From positions 6,306-70,305 of the IMG/VR virus record IMGVR_UViG_3300025676_000014: a stretch of DNA of 64,000 bases. The stretch is one strand, 5' to 3'. The position numbers were made by a program, and so were the translations under genes. This document shows positions 45,400-56,900 of the stretch, piece by piece (within the stretch, counting starts at the first letter, position 1; every line of letters begins with the position of its first letter). The DNA comes from a virus. Taxonomy: Duplodnaviria > Caudoviricetes. Under the pieces are notes generated by a model that worked only from the letters and a program-made list of their open reading frames with translations, searched no databases and was not told the origin of the DNA.

Positions 45400-45735
45400 A
45401 TGCAGTTACTTAAAAACCTAGGCGGCTGGACGAAAGTTGTCACCACGATTCTTTTCGTCGGCATGTTGTATTCTGTAATGAGCAAGGCAACTGAGAACTC
45501 GGCGCTCAGAGCTTTAAACCAGAAGCTACTTTACGACAACGTGATGATTATGAAAAGTAATCAGGATGGAATGAACGAAGCTATGACAATGGTGACCCAC
45601 CAAGGGATCACAATAAGAGACCAAGAAGACACTCTCATAGAGCAGCAGCAAGCCATGCAGTATTTACTACGTATAATCGAGCAATTGCAAAGAGGAGAAA
45701 CTCCCGCCCCCAGAAACCCAAATGATGCAATTTAA
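45400..45735 (+). CDS. membrane-anchored coiled-coil protein (spanin/holin-like architecture)
   Basis: N-terminal TM segment then coiled coil; GTGTAA upstream. Confidence 0.5.
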   Translation: MQLLKNLGGWTKVVTTILFVGMLYSVMSKATENSALRALNQKLLYDNVMIMKSNQDGMNEAMTMVTHQGITIRDQEDTLIEQQQAMQYLLRIIEQLQRGETPAPRNPNDAI

Positions 45736-45790
45736 TATATTTTTTTAGTAAAAAGGGGTAAAATCGTGTAGTTTATATTAATAAGGCTTT

Positions 45791-46303
45791 ATGGATAACT
45801 TAGACTATGTACTTTCAGGAGAAGCGTCAAAGCGTAAAAACGAAGGCTTTGTCGTGGAGGCTAAGCCTCGTCAAGAACCGACGCAGGACGAGGCCATTGC
45901 ATTTTCAATAGAAATCGTTAAAGCTCTAGAAGAAAAAGTCAAAGCTCACAATTCAGAATTCCCCAAAAAGGTCACCATACTTCAGCTTAAAAAGGTCTTC
46001 TGCAACGCAGTGTCGGAGTACGAAAAAACAGAAGGTATATCAAATACCATTTGGGCCTTTTCAAGAGTCAACATGTACTCAAGAATGGTTTCTGGAAAAG
46101 TCTTTAAGCTTAAAGAGGTTCTCGAAGCCGAGCAAAATATAACCTACAACAGATTCACAGAAATCACCGCCCTTTGGATTCCTCTAGAGGAAGACTTCGT
46201 AGAAGCGGCCCTGCTCGTTGAATCTAAAAACCTTCATTACAGTTTCAAAACCTTAGATGAACTATATCTAACCTTCCAGCCGACTCAAGCTTTTTTATAC
46301 TAG
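45791..46303 (+). CDS. hypothetical protein
   Basis: 170-aa ORF. Confidence 0.65.
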   Translation: MDNLDYVLSGEASKRKNEGFVVEAKPRQEPTQDEAIAFSIEIVKALEEKVKAHNSEFPKKVTILQLKKVFCNAVSEYEKTEGISNTIWAFSRVNMYSRMVSGKVFKLKEVLEAEQNITYNRFTEITALWIPLEEDFVEAALLVESKNLHYSFKTLDELYLTFQPTQAFLY

Positions 46304-46318
46304 TATAAACTTTAAATT

Positions 46319-47308
46319 ATGAAAAATATAATCGTGTCAGCATTAACGTGCTTTGCTGTGCTTATGCCCAGCAAGGCTGAAGATAAAACGCCCGCTCAAA
46401 AAGCGGCAGATCATTTACAAAATGTATCTGTAACAATTCGAGCGGAAGGAGATTTTAGCGCTGGAGAAGGCTCTGGAGTTATCTTTAGCAGAAAAGACTC
46501 GAAAGGTCATTTGGTTAATTTCGTTTGGACCGCCGCGCACGTAGTGGACAACTTGAGGTCTGAAAGGAAAGTCTTGGTGGACGGCTCTCCCAAGACCCTA
46601 GTTGAGTTTAAAGACCCGATGATCGTGAAAGAAATTCGTCAAAACGGAAGAACCGTTGGAAGACTCCAGATGGACGCGGAAGTTTTAAAGTATAGCGACG
46701 CTAGTGACGGGCACGACCTAGCTCTTCTTCGCGTGCGTAAATTTAATTTTGTAACTGATACTGTGGTCTTTCATTTGGACAAAGAGATTCCAGCTCTCGG
46801 AACCGATCTCATGCATGTGGGCAGTCTCTTAGGGCAGATGGGAGCGAACTCAATGACTGATGGAATCTACTCTCAGCATGGCAGACTAATAAAAAGTTTA
46901 AACAAACATGTTTTTGACCAAACTACCGTAACGGCATTTCCAGGTTCCTCGGGTGGAGGCGTTTACTTGAAGAAAGATGCTAAATATATAGGGATGCTTG
47001 TGCGTGGCGCTGGAGAAGGATTCAACCTTATTGTTCCAGTGAGAAGAATGATTAACTTCTGTGAGAAGCACAAAATCCAATGGGCGCTTGATCCAAAGGT
47101 TAAAATGCCCTCTGAAGAGGAAATTAAAAAAATCCCCGTAGAGCACGCCCCAAAAGAGAAGGGTGAAGATAGCGAGGAGACAAAAGAGGCCAAGAAGAAG
47201 CATCCATTTAAGATTAGAAAAATTGAATTCTATAATGATTATAACGATGGTCGCCCAGATTTTTTAAAAACTAGGCCGCAGCCTTTTAAGACTATGGAAA
47301 AACATTAG
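46319..47308 (+). CDS. secreted trypsin-like serine protease (S1)
   Basis: Signal peptide; WTAAHVV (His), HDLALL (Asp), FPGSSGGG (Ser). Confidence 0.88.
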   Translation: MKNIIVSALTCFAVLMPSKAEDKTPAQKAADHLQNVSVTIRAEGDFSAGEGSGVIFSRKDSKGHLVNFVWTAAHVVDNLRSERKVLVDGSPKTLVEFKDPMIVKEIRQNGRTVGRLQMDAEVLKYSDASDGHDLALLRVRKFNFVTDTVVFHLDKEIPALGTDLMHVGSLLGQMGANSMTDGIYSQHGRLIKSLNKHVFDQTTVTAFPGSSGGGVYLKKDAKYIGMLVRGAGEGFNLIVPVRRMINFCEKHKIQWALDPKVKMPSEEEIKKIPVEHAPKEKGEDSEETKEAKKKHPFKIRKIEFYNDYNDGRPDFLKTRPQPFKTMEKH

Positions 47309-47356
47309 GCTATCTCGTACCAAGAGATTGTGTGTAAAAATAATGAGGAATAAACT

Positions 47357-47509
47357 ATGAAAACTTTTTGGAATAAAGATCAAAAAAAGGACGGCGATGA
47401 ACTCGATAAAAAAGAGGTCAAAAAGGCCGATGAACAAGTCGAACTGAATGAGCCCGCTCACGAAGTCAAACACGTAAGAGTCAGAGGTAAATGGACTAGA
47501 GTTGGGTAA
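47357..47509 (+). CDS. 50-aa charged protein (not in the ORF track)
   Basis: MKTFWNKDQKKDGDELDK...RGKWTRVG after GTGTAA. Confidence 0.5.
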   Translation: MKTFWNKDQKKDGDELDKKEVKKADEQVELNEPAHEVKHVRVRGKWTRVG

Positions 47510-47512
47510 CTT

Positions 47513-47779
47513 ATGAACAATAACCATCTTCATGTTAATAATATTGCGTGCGGCGGAACTGCTAAGGTTTCGGCTGATAGCGGAAAGTTTTTTCATGCTA
47601 TGGGTGCTCATAATGGCCACAGTTCCGCTGTGACCTTAACTTTCGAAGACGACAGTTCGCTGAATGCTATTACGGTGGCTGCTGGCGGCAGTTTGAATCT
47701 TGCTGGGGCTCCCGTTATCTGTAAAAGCTTTACTCCATCTCACGCTTTACTGGCTGTTTTTTACCACAAATCTAGTTAA
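47513..47779 (+). CDS. hypothetical structural protein
   Basis: 88-aa beta-rich ORF in the head module. Confidence 0.55.
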   Translation: MNNNHLHVNNIACGGTAKVSADSGKFFHAMGAHNGHSSAVTLTFEDDSSLNAITVAAGGSLNLAGAPVICKSFTPSHALLAVFYHKSS

Positions 47780-47790
47780 GGAAAAAAAAA

Positions 47791-49290
47791 TTGGAATATA
47801 CTACGATATTTAGCTCAACTATAAAGCCTCTAGTATCAGAGGAAAAAGATAAGTATTTAGCTATGGCAAGTCTCGTCGATGTGGGCGATTTTGTGCCAGA
47901 TATAGATACTGAAAAAAACATCGACCTATTGCCAATCGCGTTCAATGCTTGCGTAGCAAATAGGGTAAACAAAAATGGCGACGTAATCGACACTCCTACC
48001 GCTATTGAAATTTATGAGAATTTTGTCAACAAACCCATTAACATTGAGCACAACAGGGAAAGGGTAGTTGGCGCTATTTTAACCGCTGGATTCAGTGAAT
48101 TTGGAACTGACAAAGCATTGACGGCAGAGCAAGCCGCCGAAACAACTGCTCCATTTAATATCACTTTAGGTGGAATTGTATGGAAAGTGGTTAATTCGAC
48201 CCTTGCGGACATGATTGAAAACTCCAGTGACCCTACTAGCGAAGACTACCAACAGATTTCGGCTAGCTGGGAGCTTGGCTTCTCTGATTATGACCTAGTT
48301 GTGATCCAAGGCGAAGAAAAAAACATCGAAAATGCCGAATTTGTAAGCGATCCAGCTAAAATACAAGAATTTCGCGACTCCTTAAGAGCTCTTGGGGGAA
48401 GTGGGAAGTTAGAAGACGGACGAAGCGTATATCGCAGAGTCACAAAGCAAGTTGTTCCACTTGGGATCGGCCTAACAGAAACCCCTGCGGCGGATGTAAA
48501 AGGAATAGCGATCCAAAAGGAAGAGAAAGAGCAATTAGTAGAGAAAGATAAAGAAGTCGAATCTAGCGAAAAATTAGAAAAAACTTCTCAATCTAACGAT
48601 AACAATGTAAATAATAACAATCAATTGGTTATGAAAATCGAAAGCTTAAAAGACATCAATGACGAGTCGTTGAAAACGCTAGAAGCATCTGCCGTTCATG
48701 ATTTCATTCAAGATGAACTTAAGAAGGCTTCTGAGGATTTCAGCACTCAACAAGAAGAAAAGAAACAAGCTCTAGAAGCATCAGAAGAAAAGCTTAAGTC
48801 TCTCAATGAAGAGCATGAAACTCTTACTAAAGAGTTGGAAGCTGTTCGCGCTGGTCTAAAAGAGCTCGAAACTGAAAAAGAAGATCGTGTCGCTCAGGAG
48901 AAATTCAACGAGCGCATGGCATCTTTTGACGAAGAATTTCAACTTTCTGATGAAGACCGTGAGGTAATCGCCAAAGACGTTAAGGATTTGGACGACGAAA
49001 ACTTTGCGGGCTATCGGGATAAAATGAAGGTTCTTCTAAAAGATAAAGACAAAAAGACTGTGGAGAAGAAAAAGGAAGAGGAAGCTAAAGCTACCGAAGC
49101 CGAAGTCATCGAAGAAGTCGTTGCGTCTGAGTCCGAAGAGGAGACTTCAGAAGAAGTAGTAGACGAAGCTATTGACAATGCAGAAGTAGAGGACAGCGCA
49201 GTCGCTGCTACTACAGACGCTGAAGAAGCTACTGTTTACGAAAAATACAAAAACGCTTTCAGCATCGATAATTTCGATTTGAATAACTAG
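47791..49290 (+). CDS. prohead protease-scaffold fusion
   Basis: NRVNKNGD, KPINIEHN...VVG, ISASWELGF; long acidic coiled-coil C-terminus; upstream of capsid genes. Confidence 0.75.
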   Translation: MEYTTIFSSTIKPLVSEEKDKYLAMASLVDVGDFVPDIDTEKNIDLLPIAFNACVANRVNKNGDVIDTPTAIEIYENFVNKPINIEHNRERVVGAILTAGFSEFGTDKALTAEQAAETTAPFNITLGGIVWKVVNSTLADMIENSSDPTSEDYQQISASWELGFSDYDLVVIQGEEKNIENAEFVSDPAKIQEFRDSLRALGGSGKLEDGRSVYRRVTKQVVPLGIGLTETPAADVKGIAIQKEEKEQLVEKDKEVESSEKLEKTSQSNDNNVNNNNQLVMKIESLKDINDESLKTLEASAVHDFIQDELKKASEDFSTQQEEKKQALEASEEKLKSLNEEHETLTKELEAVRAGLKELETEKEDRVAQEKFNERMASFDEEFQLSDEDREVIAKDVKDLDDENFAGYRDKMKVLLKDKDKKTVEKKKEEEAKATEAEVIEEVVASESEEETSEEVVDEAIDNAEVEDSAVAATTDAEEATVYEKYKNAFSIDNFDLNN

Positions 49291-49316
49291 TTAACTAATC
49301 AAGAATATAAAATACA

Positions 49317-49898
49317 ATGGCTACAAAGTTACATCCATTCAGACAATATAACGAAAACGACGTTATCAATTTGTTTACCTTCGATGGTACATCTGTTGAT
49401 GCTGGTCGATTGGTGAAGCTCGACGCTTCCAACCAATGGTCTGGTCTCGGGAGCGACGATTACGTCGATCTCGGTTCCGACACTGGCAACAGCTACTCTA
49501 ATGTCGTTTCGACTCAATACTCACTCAAGGGCAAACTAGACCTCGCTGGTCTTGGTGACGCCGCTTTAGGCATGACCATCATGGAAATGGCAAACGTCGA
49601 TGAAAATGGAGAAAAGCTTCTCTATAATCCTCGTAAAGCCGCCGAGATGGGCGTGGTAATCCCAGGTCAAGCAATTCCTGTTGCAAGCAGAGGAGTTTTC
49701 CTCTACAACGCTTCGGAGACAGCTTGGACTGGATCAACAATTAACGCGGGAACCGTTCTGTACGGTGCGGCGGCAGGTATCATCAGCTCTACTACTGGTA
49801 GCGCTGTTGCTTGCGGTGTGGCTCTCGGCGGACTGGCTAGTGTTACTAAGCCTTCCACCAGCTACTCAGCAGCCCTCATTAAGCTCGAACTCGGTTAA
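49317..49898 (+). CDS. head decoration/cement protein
   Basis: Position between scaffold and MCP; Gly/Ala-rich beta protein. Confidence 0.6.
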   Translation: MATKLHPFRQYNENDVINLFTFDGTSVDAGRLVKLDASNQWSGLGSDDYVDLGSDTGNSYSNVVSTQYSLKGKLDLAGLGDAALGMTIMEMANVDENGEKLLYNPRKAAEMGVVIPGQAIPVASRGVFLYNASETAWTGSTINAGTVLYGAAAGIISSTTGSAVACGVALGGLASVTKPSTSYSAALIKLELG

Positions 49899-49918
49899 TC
49901 TAAAGGAGAATTAAAATT

Positions 49919-51031
49919 ATGAAATTAAAGCTTAAAAATACTCCAGAACAAGTAGAACTCATCAAAGCGATGGGATCGAGAGATATGGCTGTGGCCAACG
50001 AAGCCTCACAGGCTTTCGCAGCATTTGTCGGCCCTGTTGTTCGCGAAGTTCTTATGCAAGCTGGCTCTGCTGGCCTTATCTATTCCGATATGGAATTTGA
50101 CGAGGACGACAGCCCTAGCCTACCATTGGACCTCTTCTACGATGAGGAACAAAATTACGTGACCGTTTGGTCTCAAGCCGTTGCTGGTGGTCTTCCCACC
50201 TCAGAGGTTTCAGGCATGAACGAGTTGAAAATCACCACTTACCGTTTGGACAGTGCTGTTAGCTATCTTAAGAGATACGCTCGCAGAGGCCGTCTCGACA
50301 TCGTGAGCAAAGCTCTTGAGAGAATGTCTAATGAAGTTCTTATCAAGCAGGAGCGCAATGCTTGGGCCGTTATTCTTAAGGCTCTCGCAGAGGCTTCTAC
50401 TAACAGCTTGAGCCACGTAGTTGGCGGTTCTACCGAAAGTTTGATCATCCCTCACGACATCAATAGATTGATGACTCGTATCAAGAGAATCAATACTTCT
50501 TACAACAATGGAACTCCTGCTGGCATGTCCACTAAGGGTCTAACCGACATGTTCGTTAGCCCCGAGATCATGCAGCAAGTCAGAGGGTTTGCTTACAATG
50601 CTGTTAACAGCACTGGCAGCATCTCCACTGGACCTATTGCCCTTCCTGATCAAGCCCGTGAGGCTGTTTGGAATTCGGGCGGCATGGCCGACATTTACGG
50701 CGTGACCTTGCATGAGCTTCTTGAGCTCGGTGCAGCTAAGAAGTACAACACCTTGTTTAAGGCGTTGATCGACTCAGCTAGCACGACCATCATTGGTGGC
50801 GGCGACAGTGGCACGTTCGTTGATGCAGATGACGAAATCTGCGTAGGCGTTGATCTAAGCAGAGATGCATTCGTGCGTCCTGTGGCTCGTCAAGCTGAAA
50901 GCGGCGGAACATTCAATGTTCTTCCTGATGATCAGTTCGTGGCGCGTCAAGAGAAGCAAGGCTTCTATGGCTTCCTTGAGGAAGGCAGAGTCTGTGTTGA
51001 CGCTAGAGCGGTAGTCGGCTTGGTTATCTAA
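49919..51031 (+). CDS. major capsid protein (HK97 fold, inferred)
   Basis: 370 aa, after protease and decoration genes, followed by a strong terminator; GFYGFLEEG C-terminal motif. Confidence 0.78.
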   Translation: MKLKLKNTPEQVELIKAMGSRDMAVANEASQAFAAFVGPVVREVLMQAGSAGLIYSDMEFDEDDSPSLPLDLFYDEEQNYVTVWSQAVAGGLPTSEVSGMNELKITTYRLDSAVSYLKRYARRGRLDIVSKALERMSNEVLIKQERNAWAVILKALAEASTNSLSHVVGGSTESLIIPHDINRLMTRIKRINTSYNNGTPAGMSTKGLTDMFVSPEIMQQVRGFAYNAVNSTGSISTGPIALPDQAREAVWNSGGMADIYGVTLHELLELGAAKKYNTLFKALIDSASTTIIGGGDSGTFVDADDEICVGVDLSRDAFVRPVARQAESGGTFNVLPDDQFVARQEKQGFYGFLEEGRVCVDARAVVGLVI

Positions 51032-51054
51032 GTTCACTACAGGAAATAACAAAA

Positions 51055-51088
51055 TTTCCCTCACCTGAAAGGGTGGGGGATTTTTTTA
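51055..51088 (+). terminator. intrinsic terminator after MCP
   Basis: TTTCCCTCACC-TGAAA-GGGTGGGGGA followed by a T-run. Confidence 0.75.
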
Positions 51089-51135
51089 TATTTATGTGTA
51101 ATAATCAATGATTATACCAGGTAAAAGGCTCTAAG

Positions 51136-53385
51136 ATGGCGAAAAAGGCTAACCCATATCAAAAGAATTTCGATAACGAATATCATCTAGATATTTATAA
51201 TTTAAGCCCAGCGGCTGGGTTTAACTATGATGATGTAGAACCCATTTCAATTACTCGTGATGGCAGAATTATAGCCAACGGCTTCGTTGATAAAAATGAC
51301 GGATTAGAGTTAGCTTTAGACTCTAAACTAAACCTAACTTATAAAGTAGACTTAAATGAATCCACGGAAGCTCATTACTCAGTCCAGTCAAGCATAAATT
51401 ATTTAGCCACTGGAGTCGTTACTGAAGTAATCAGCGATGGTTTTAAATACTACAATGAGGCTATCAAGTTTTACTCCCACGCCGATAAGGAGAAATTCAA
51501 AAATTTAAACAAAACTAGCAGACAATTAATAAGCACAAAATCATATCAAGACCCGTTTCTTTTCTACTTCACTCACGACAACGGAACTAAGTACCCTTTG
51601 CCAGAGATAAAAAGCACTTGGTTTGCTCCGTTTAATTACGATGTTTATATCGGGCCAAACTCGACAGTCAAAAATGTTAATGATCTTATAGTCGTTAAAT
51701 CTGGGGAATTTCACCAATACCCAAAAACTCCCGCTACCTCTTTGATATCTTTACTGTACTACTCAAGCGGTGTGAGCGGAAATATTTACATAGATACCCT
51801 TTCCGTTCCTGACCACTCAATGACTAGCGCTGCGTCTTTGGAGAGCAGCAAGAAGACTTTTAAAATCCCAAGAAGCGGAAATAACGACAGAAGCCAGTTG
51901 GGCACTGAGCTTAACCCTATTGGTCCTATCGGGGTGTTCAAAAACGGCGTAGTAGCCATGAGCTACAGGAGCTCTGAGTCTTATAACGACGCGGGCGCTT
52001 ACAACAACAACTCCTTAAGGTCTAATATTGCCGACAGAGATACGTGTCACGGTTACGAAGCTCTTACTTCCGATATAGTTTCTGGTGGGGTAGTCGGAGG
52101 AACCTATCATTATAAATCTGCGCCAATTTGCTTATACGATACTGGTTCTGTCGCCCACTCCCCGCTGCTTGGTTACGCCTTCGATGGCTATCCAATTTAC
52201 GGCCCCTACGGCTACACAACGGCTATGGACTCCACCAGCACGCCCAAACTGATGACCCCAAGCTGGAGGGTTCAGCCTGTAACAAACAGAACTAGCGGGC
52301 CAGACTTCAGCGGTCTTTATGGGTCTGGTTATTTTGTTGAAGATCACGAGTATATAGATGGACTTGGCGATTTAGACAGGCACAACGGAAGGACAGGTAT
52401 TACCCCTGAGTATCCAGGGGGAACTTACGCTTACTTCACCACCGTAACTACTGGGTCTGACGGAATTCACAAACCAGCGTTCCCTTATATCGTGGGCGAT
52501 AAATTCTATGGTAACGTAGAAAAGCAAAACTGGAATGGAGTTTTAGTTGGAGAGCCAGTAAATGCGGTAGTAAGCAGTGGCATGGACGGAGTCAACTTCG
52601 ATGTAGGAATTTTTGATGATTATATATTTGGACTGAGATACACTGAGAGGGGAGGCTTAAAGAAAGAGACAATTATTTACGTTTCTCCCCATGAACTATC
52701 TAGCTTTTCGGGGGTAATATTAGGAACAGGAGTTCACCAGTATCTAACATCTTCAGGAACTAACGCGGAATTTAGCGGGGCAACATTCAGCGGGATTGGA
52801 AACTCCGTGGCAAGCGGTCAATCCAATAGATTCTTGGCTGAAACTGTTTCGTTTAGCTACCCAACTTCTAAGAATAATATGTTTTTAGGTAGTCCTTTGT
52901 CTGGGAACATGGCTTACCTTAGAACCGATCCAGATACACAGGTTATTCAGCAATTGACTGGAACGATGAACTTGGGCGGCACTCATTTTCATACAATTTA
53001 TAGCGGCTACAGGAGCGGGATAGCGGGAGCAAATGCAAAGCAAAAAAATCCGAACTTTGAAACTGGGCATTGGAACGGAAAGATTCCGTCTGGCGTGCCA
53101 TTTAAGATCGAAGTGTGGTCTCTGAATGGGGGGCTATGCGGCCACGAAGATAAATTTAAAATTTTCCCATGCGATAGCCACGCTGCTGTGTCTGGCAAAT
53201 CCGTAATGAATCATGGCGTATTCTCTGGGCTGGCCTCAACGGAGGGAGGGGCCGTGTTGGAGTTGCAGGAGAACGCTCGAAATCAATTCTACAAAAACAC
53301 GAACTCGTTCTTGATTAATAGCGGAATCATGGAGCCCAATAAAAAACTAAAAAAATACTCAAAAATGTTAAGGAACTCCAACTAA
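51136..53385 (+). CDS. YHYH-domain protein
   Basis: GPIGVFKNGV, GTYHYK, HSPLLGYAFDGYPIYGPYG, DLDRHNGR...PEYPGGTYAYF, PAFPYIVG. Confidence 0.85.
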   Translation: MAKKANPYQKNFDNEYHLDIYNLSPAAGFNYDDVEPISITRDGRIIANGFVDKNDGLELALDSKLNLTYKVDLNESTEAHYSVQSSINYLATGVVTEVISDGFKYYNEAIKFYSHADKEKFKNLNKTSRQLISTKSYQDPFLFYFTHDNGTKYPLPEIKSTWFAPFNYDVYIGPNSTVKNVNDLIVVKSGEFHQYPKTPATSLISLLYYSSGVSGNIYIDTLSVPDHSMTSAASLESSKKTFKIPRSGNNDRSQLGTELNPIGPIGVFKNGVVAMSYRSSESYNDAGAYNNNSLRSNIADRDTCHGYEALTSDIVSGGVVGGTYHYKSAPICLYDTGSVAHSPLLGYAFDGYPIYGPYGYTTAMDSTSTPKLMTPSWRVQPVTNRTSGPDFSGLYGSGYFVEDHEYIDGLGDLDRHNGRTGITPEYPGGTYAYFTTVTTGSDGIHKPAFPYIVGDKFYGNVEKQNWNGVLVGEPVNAVVSSGMDGVNFDVGIFDDYIFGLRYTERGGLKKETIIYVSPHELSSFSGVILGTGVHQYLTSSGTNAEFSGATFSGIGNSVASGQSNRFLAETVSFSYPTSKNNMFLGSPLSGNMAYLRTDPDTQVIQQLTGTMNLGGTHFHTIYSGYRSGIAGANAKQKNPNFETGHWNGKIPSGVPFKIEVWSLNGGLCGHEDKFKIFPCDSHAAVSGKSVMNHGVFSGLASTEGGAVLELQENARNQFYKNTNSFLINSGIMEPNKKLKKYSKMLRNSN

Positions 53386-53386
53386 A

Positions 53387-53944
53387 ATGATCACTCTAAG
53401 AAATTACAAATATTCTAAGATGTTCGTATTTGAGGCTAATTTAATTTACATTCCCTCATCTTTCAACAGGATGGGAATCGACCCTTTGCCTCGCTTTTTC
53501 ATGAGACCTACCGTTTTAAAGGAGGTTTTGGACTATTCTTTAAATCCGACTTCTGTGAAAAATGGGTATAGCAAAGACAAGAAATCGGGGCTTTATGTTA
53601 AGAACATAGACCAAATAGACGTAGAACAAACCAACAATCAATTTGAGTTCATAAAAAACACGATGCCTTTCGGGTACATGAACGAGGCGTCTTACCAAGA
53701 TTTTATCGAAAATGCTTTTTCCGCTGAGTACTCTCTACATTTAGAAACTCAATTCTCTATGCTCACCCCGAAGTACACGGTTCAAGCGGGTGTAGACTCT
53801 CAAATCGACGTATTGCATTATTATGTAAAAATTACAGACAGCATTGTTAAAGCTTTTTATAAAAAGAAGGTGGTAGAGATAGCTCAACCCAAAGGACTGA
53901 TTGTGTACGACAGTCTAGAAGAAGCAACTAAACACTTTTTATGA
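53387..53944 (+). CDS. hypothetical protein
   Basis: 185-aa ORF. Confidence 0.65.
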   Translation: MITLRNYKYSKMFVFEANLIYIPSSFNRMGIDPLPRFFMRPTVLKEVLDYSLNPTSVKNGYSKDKKSGLYVKNIDQIDVEQTNNQFEFIKNTMPFGYMNEASYQDFIENAFSAEYSLHLETQFSMLTPKYTVQAGVDSQIDVLHYYVKITDSIVKAFYKKKVVEIAQPKGLIVYDSLEEATKHFL

Positions 53945-53964
53945 GTGTAAATATTTAAAAGAAA

Positions 53965-56900
53965 ATGGGAAAAGTATTTTTAAGAATTAATACCAACAAC
54001 AACGACGGAATTCCAACCGATGCGGTTTCCTTTGTTGACGGCGCAGGTTCGGCTGACCATACCGCCACTGGCGATGACTCTAAAAACCCGCGCGTAAAAG
54101 TTCTTACTCCGTCTGCGGAAGACTATACTCATAACGGCGGAACTGGTTTTACTGCTGACGCGATTATAATTCTCAACGAAGGCAGCACTACGGTAGGCAA
54201 GATCGACGCAATCAGGGTTTTGACTCGGGGCAGTGGTTATGGGACGGCAGATGGACCGAGCACTGCTCCGCCCCAAGTGACTTTCGGAAGCGAGATATTC
54301 ACCGCCGTTCTAGGAACGGGCGAACCCGATGCGGAGTCTGTTTTAATTGCTGAAAACGGGGGCAGAGTTAATACAGACACACTCTTTTTCGTCAAAAAAG
54401 GGGATGGCAAACCAGACGTGGGCAACGACGACTTTTCTGCTCTCTTTGGCGCAGGGGCGAACGAAATCAACGCTTCAGAGTTTGCAATTTTTAATCCATA
54501 CCAAAAACACATCGATTACGACGACTTGAAGGGTTTCGCGACGAACGTAATAACTACTGCGGGAGCCTTCGCCACCTTGAGCTCTATTGGTGAAATGCGT
54601 AGTCAAGTAACCGAAGCAAACAGAAAGATCGTCGCTAGTAATCTACAAGTTGATAAATTTAATTTAAGCTTAACGCAAGGCTACGAGTCGGAGCGCATTG
54701 CGGCGGAAGAAGCCGCCAGACAGGCTTTCGAAGATGATTTGGTTAACTTTCAAAACACCACTGGCAACGACATACTTCAGTTCAGCAATAACAACCCTGG
54801 GTCAAACGCTGTTGACCCCGTATGGCAATCTATAGCTACAACGATATCGAATTTATTACCGTTTTTTCAAGCGATTGCGAATATGACTGGTTCGCCAATC
54901 CCAGGCATAAATACAAACTTTAGCGGTAACCAAGACGCAATTAATTTTTACAACAGCCTTGACTCAACTGAAAACAGTCAGCGCTTTTTTCCATCAATGG
55001 GGTCGCCCCAATACCCTAGTAAACCAAATTTTTTATCGCAGAACAATAGCCGCGTGGCTATGCCAAAAAGTTTTGGCGCTTACGAAGGAATAGCTAAAGG
55101 GTTTATATATAAAGCTTTATGCTTTGCTGGTGTAGCCGCTTTGGGGCATTTATACGAACTCCTAAACAGAAGCAACAATTCAAGCAGTGAGACCTCGGTT
55201 ATAAAATTAAACCACTCGGCAAACTGTTTTGCCCCAAAAGACACCGATGGAGTTTTCGTGGAGTGGTTCAAAACAAACTGTAGACAGCACGACATAATTG
55301 GCGGCTTAAAGACCATGATATCTGGGGTCATTAGCATATTCAATTCCATAGTAGCTTCGTTGGGGGATAAAAACGGAATACTATCCGATGACGCCAGACA
55401 TATCGCCGCCCTGATGGCGGCGGCGGGTTCATCCTCAATGGTGGAAAGTTTAAAAAGCACTTACGTTTTACTTGGTGATTGGGTTGACGAAGCAAGAGCA
55501 AGCCCGCATTGGAACTCAGGAAGAGGCGCGTTTACCCCAGACGAAAGAGCCTACATCCAAAAGCTCGATATGATTCGCGGCATCATAGCCACTAAATTAG
55601 ATGAAATTGCATATCATTACAACGCTGAAAAATACGTGGCCAAACCACAAATTTTCAAAATTACAATGGCGGTGGGCTCAAAGGCAGGGTATGCTGAGGG
55701 GATCGGCGGGGAGTTTAATGGATTAGTTCATCCGAACGCCCCAGAGGATGGGACAAGTAGAGGCAGCTTCGAGAAGGAGAAAAATTTAGCCAGACAGACA
55801 GGGAGCACCGTTGATCCTCAATCGCCGCACGGCCAATGCGAAAGAGAGTCGATATTCTCAGGCGGTCCTTTATGCGAGATTTACGGAAACAAAACAACGG
55901 GCAAGCAAGCGCAAGTGGAGCTTGTGTTTGCCCTCAATGAAGCGGCGAGATCAGAACTTATAGACATAAAAATATTAGATCCTGGCTTCGGGTTCCTTTA
56001 CGCCCCAATAGTCAGACTCCACCCAGATGTTTGGATGAAACTTACTGGAGCAGCAAAAACTGTTATTGTCGAGTCTATCGGCGTTACGAAAGGTCCAGAC
56101 TTATCGAAAATAGGTTTAGCCAAAGAATCGCAAGAGCCGTTTAATGTCGCCATAGCGGAGATGGGGGCTCAAGCCGCCTTCAATAAGTGGACGGGCATTC
56201 AGGATGAATTAGTCGAATTCTCAAAAAGCTTAAATCGGCTCTTCGATACTGATTTATTGTCCACAAAAAATCTTGAAGGCAGCTCCCCGATGAGAAAAGT
56301 ATCTGATCTGAAATTAAATCCTATAAGAAAATCTTTTCATAGCGTGACCGATGATTCTTGGGAGCAAGCGGCGGCAGGGAGAAAGAGAGGGTTAAACTCC
56401 ATAGCCATAAGAACAAACATAATAGACAAAATAGCTGGAAAGGGCGTAAAGGGTACAGATTTATCTAAAAATAAGCTATGTGCCTTTGACTTTTTCCACT
56501 TCGACATCGGTAAATGTGACCCAGTAGAGATCACTTCGATGAATGACGACCTAGCTAATACATTCTTCAAAGACCCACAGTCTTACTTGTTGGCTACGGC
56601 AAAGCAAAAAATAAGCGAAAGCATTTGCCAGAAAAAAGCTTGCGGGGTCGTCCACGCTTACAGCGAAGCTCCGACTGTTGGCGAAGGCGATGATGCATTG
56701 TGCGGCAATTCAACTGTTACTTACAACATGCACCCGACAGCGGAGTGGTGGTTCAATTCGGACTCTGGCGGCGCTGGGATTATTAAAGAATTTCTTGGAA
56801 GCAGCGATATTAAAGAAGACATAAGAATTGGTAATGCAAAACCAAGTTGGGCCTCTTTCAATGCTGGCGCGCAAGGAGATAGCTCTTTGCCGCCTGTATT

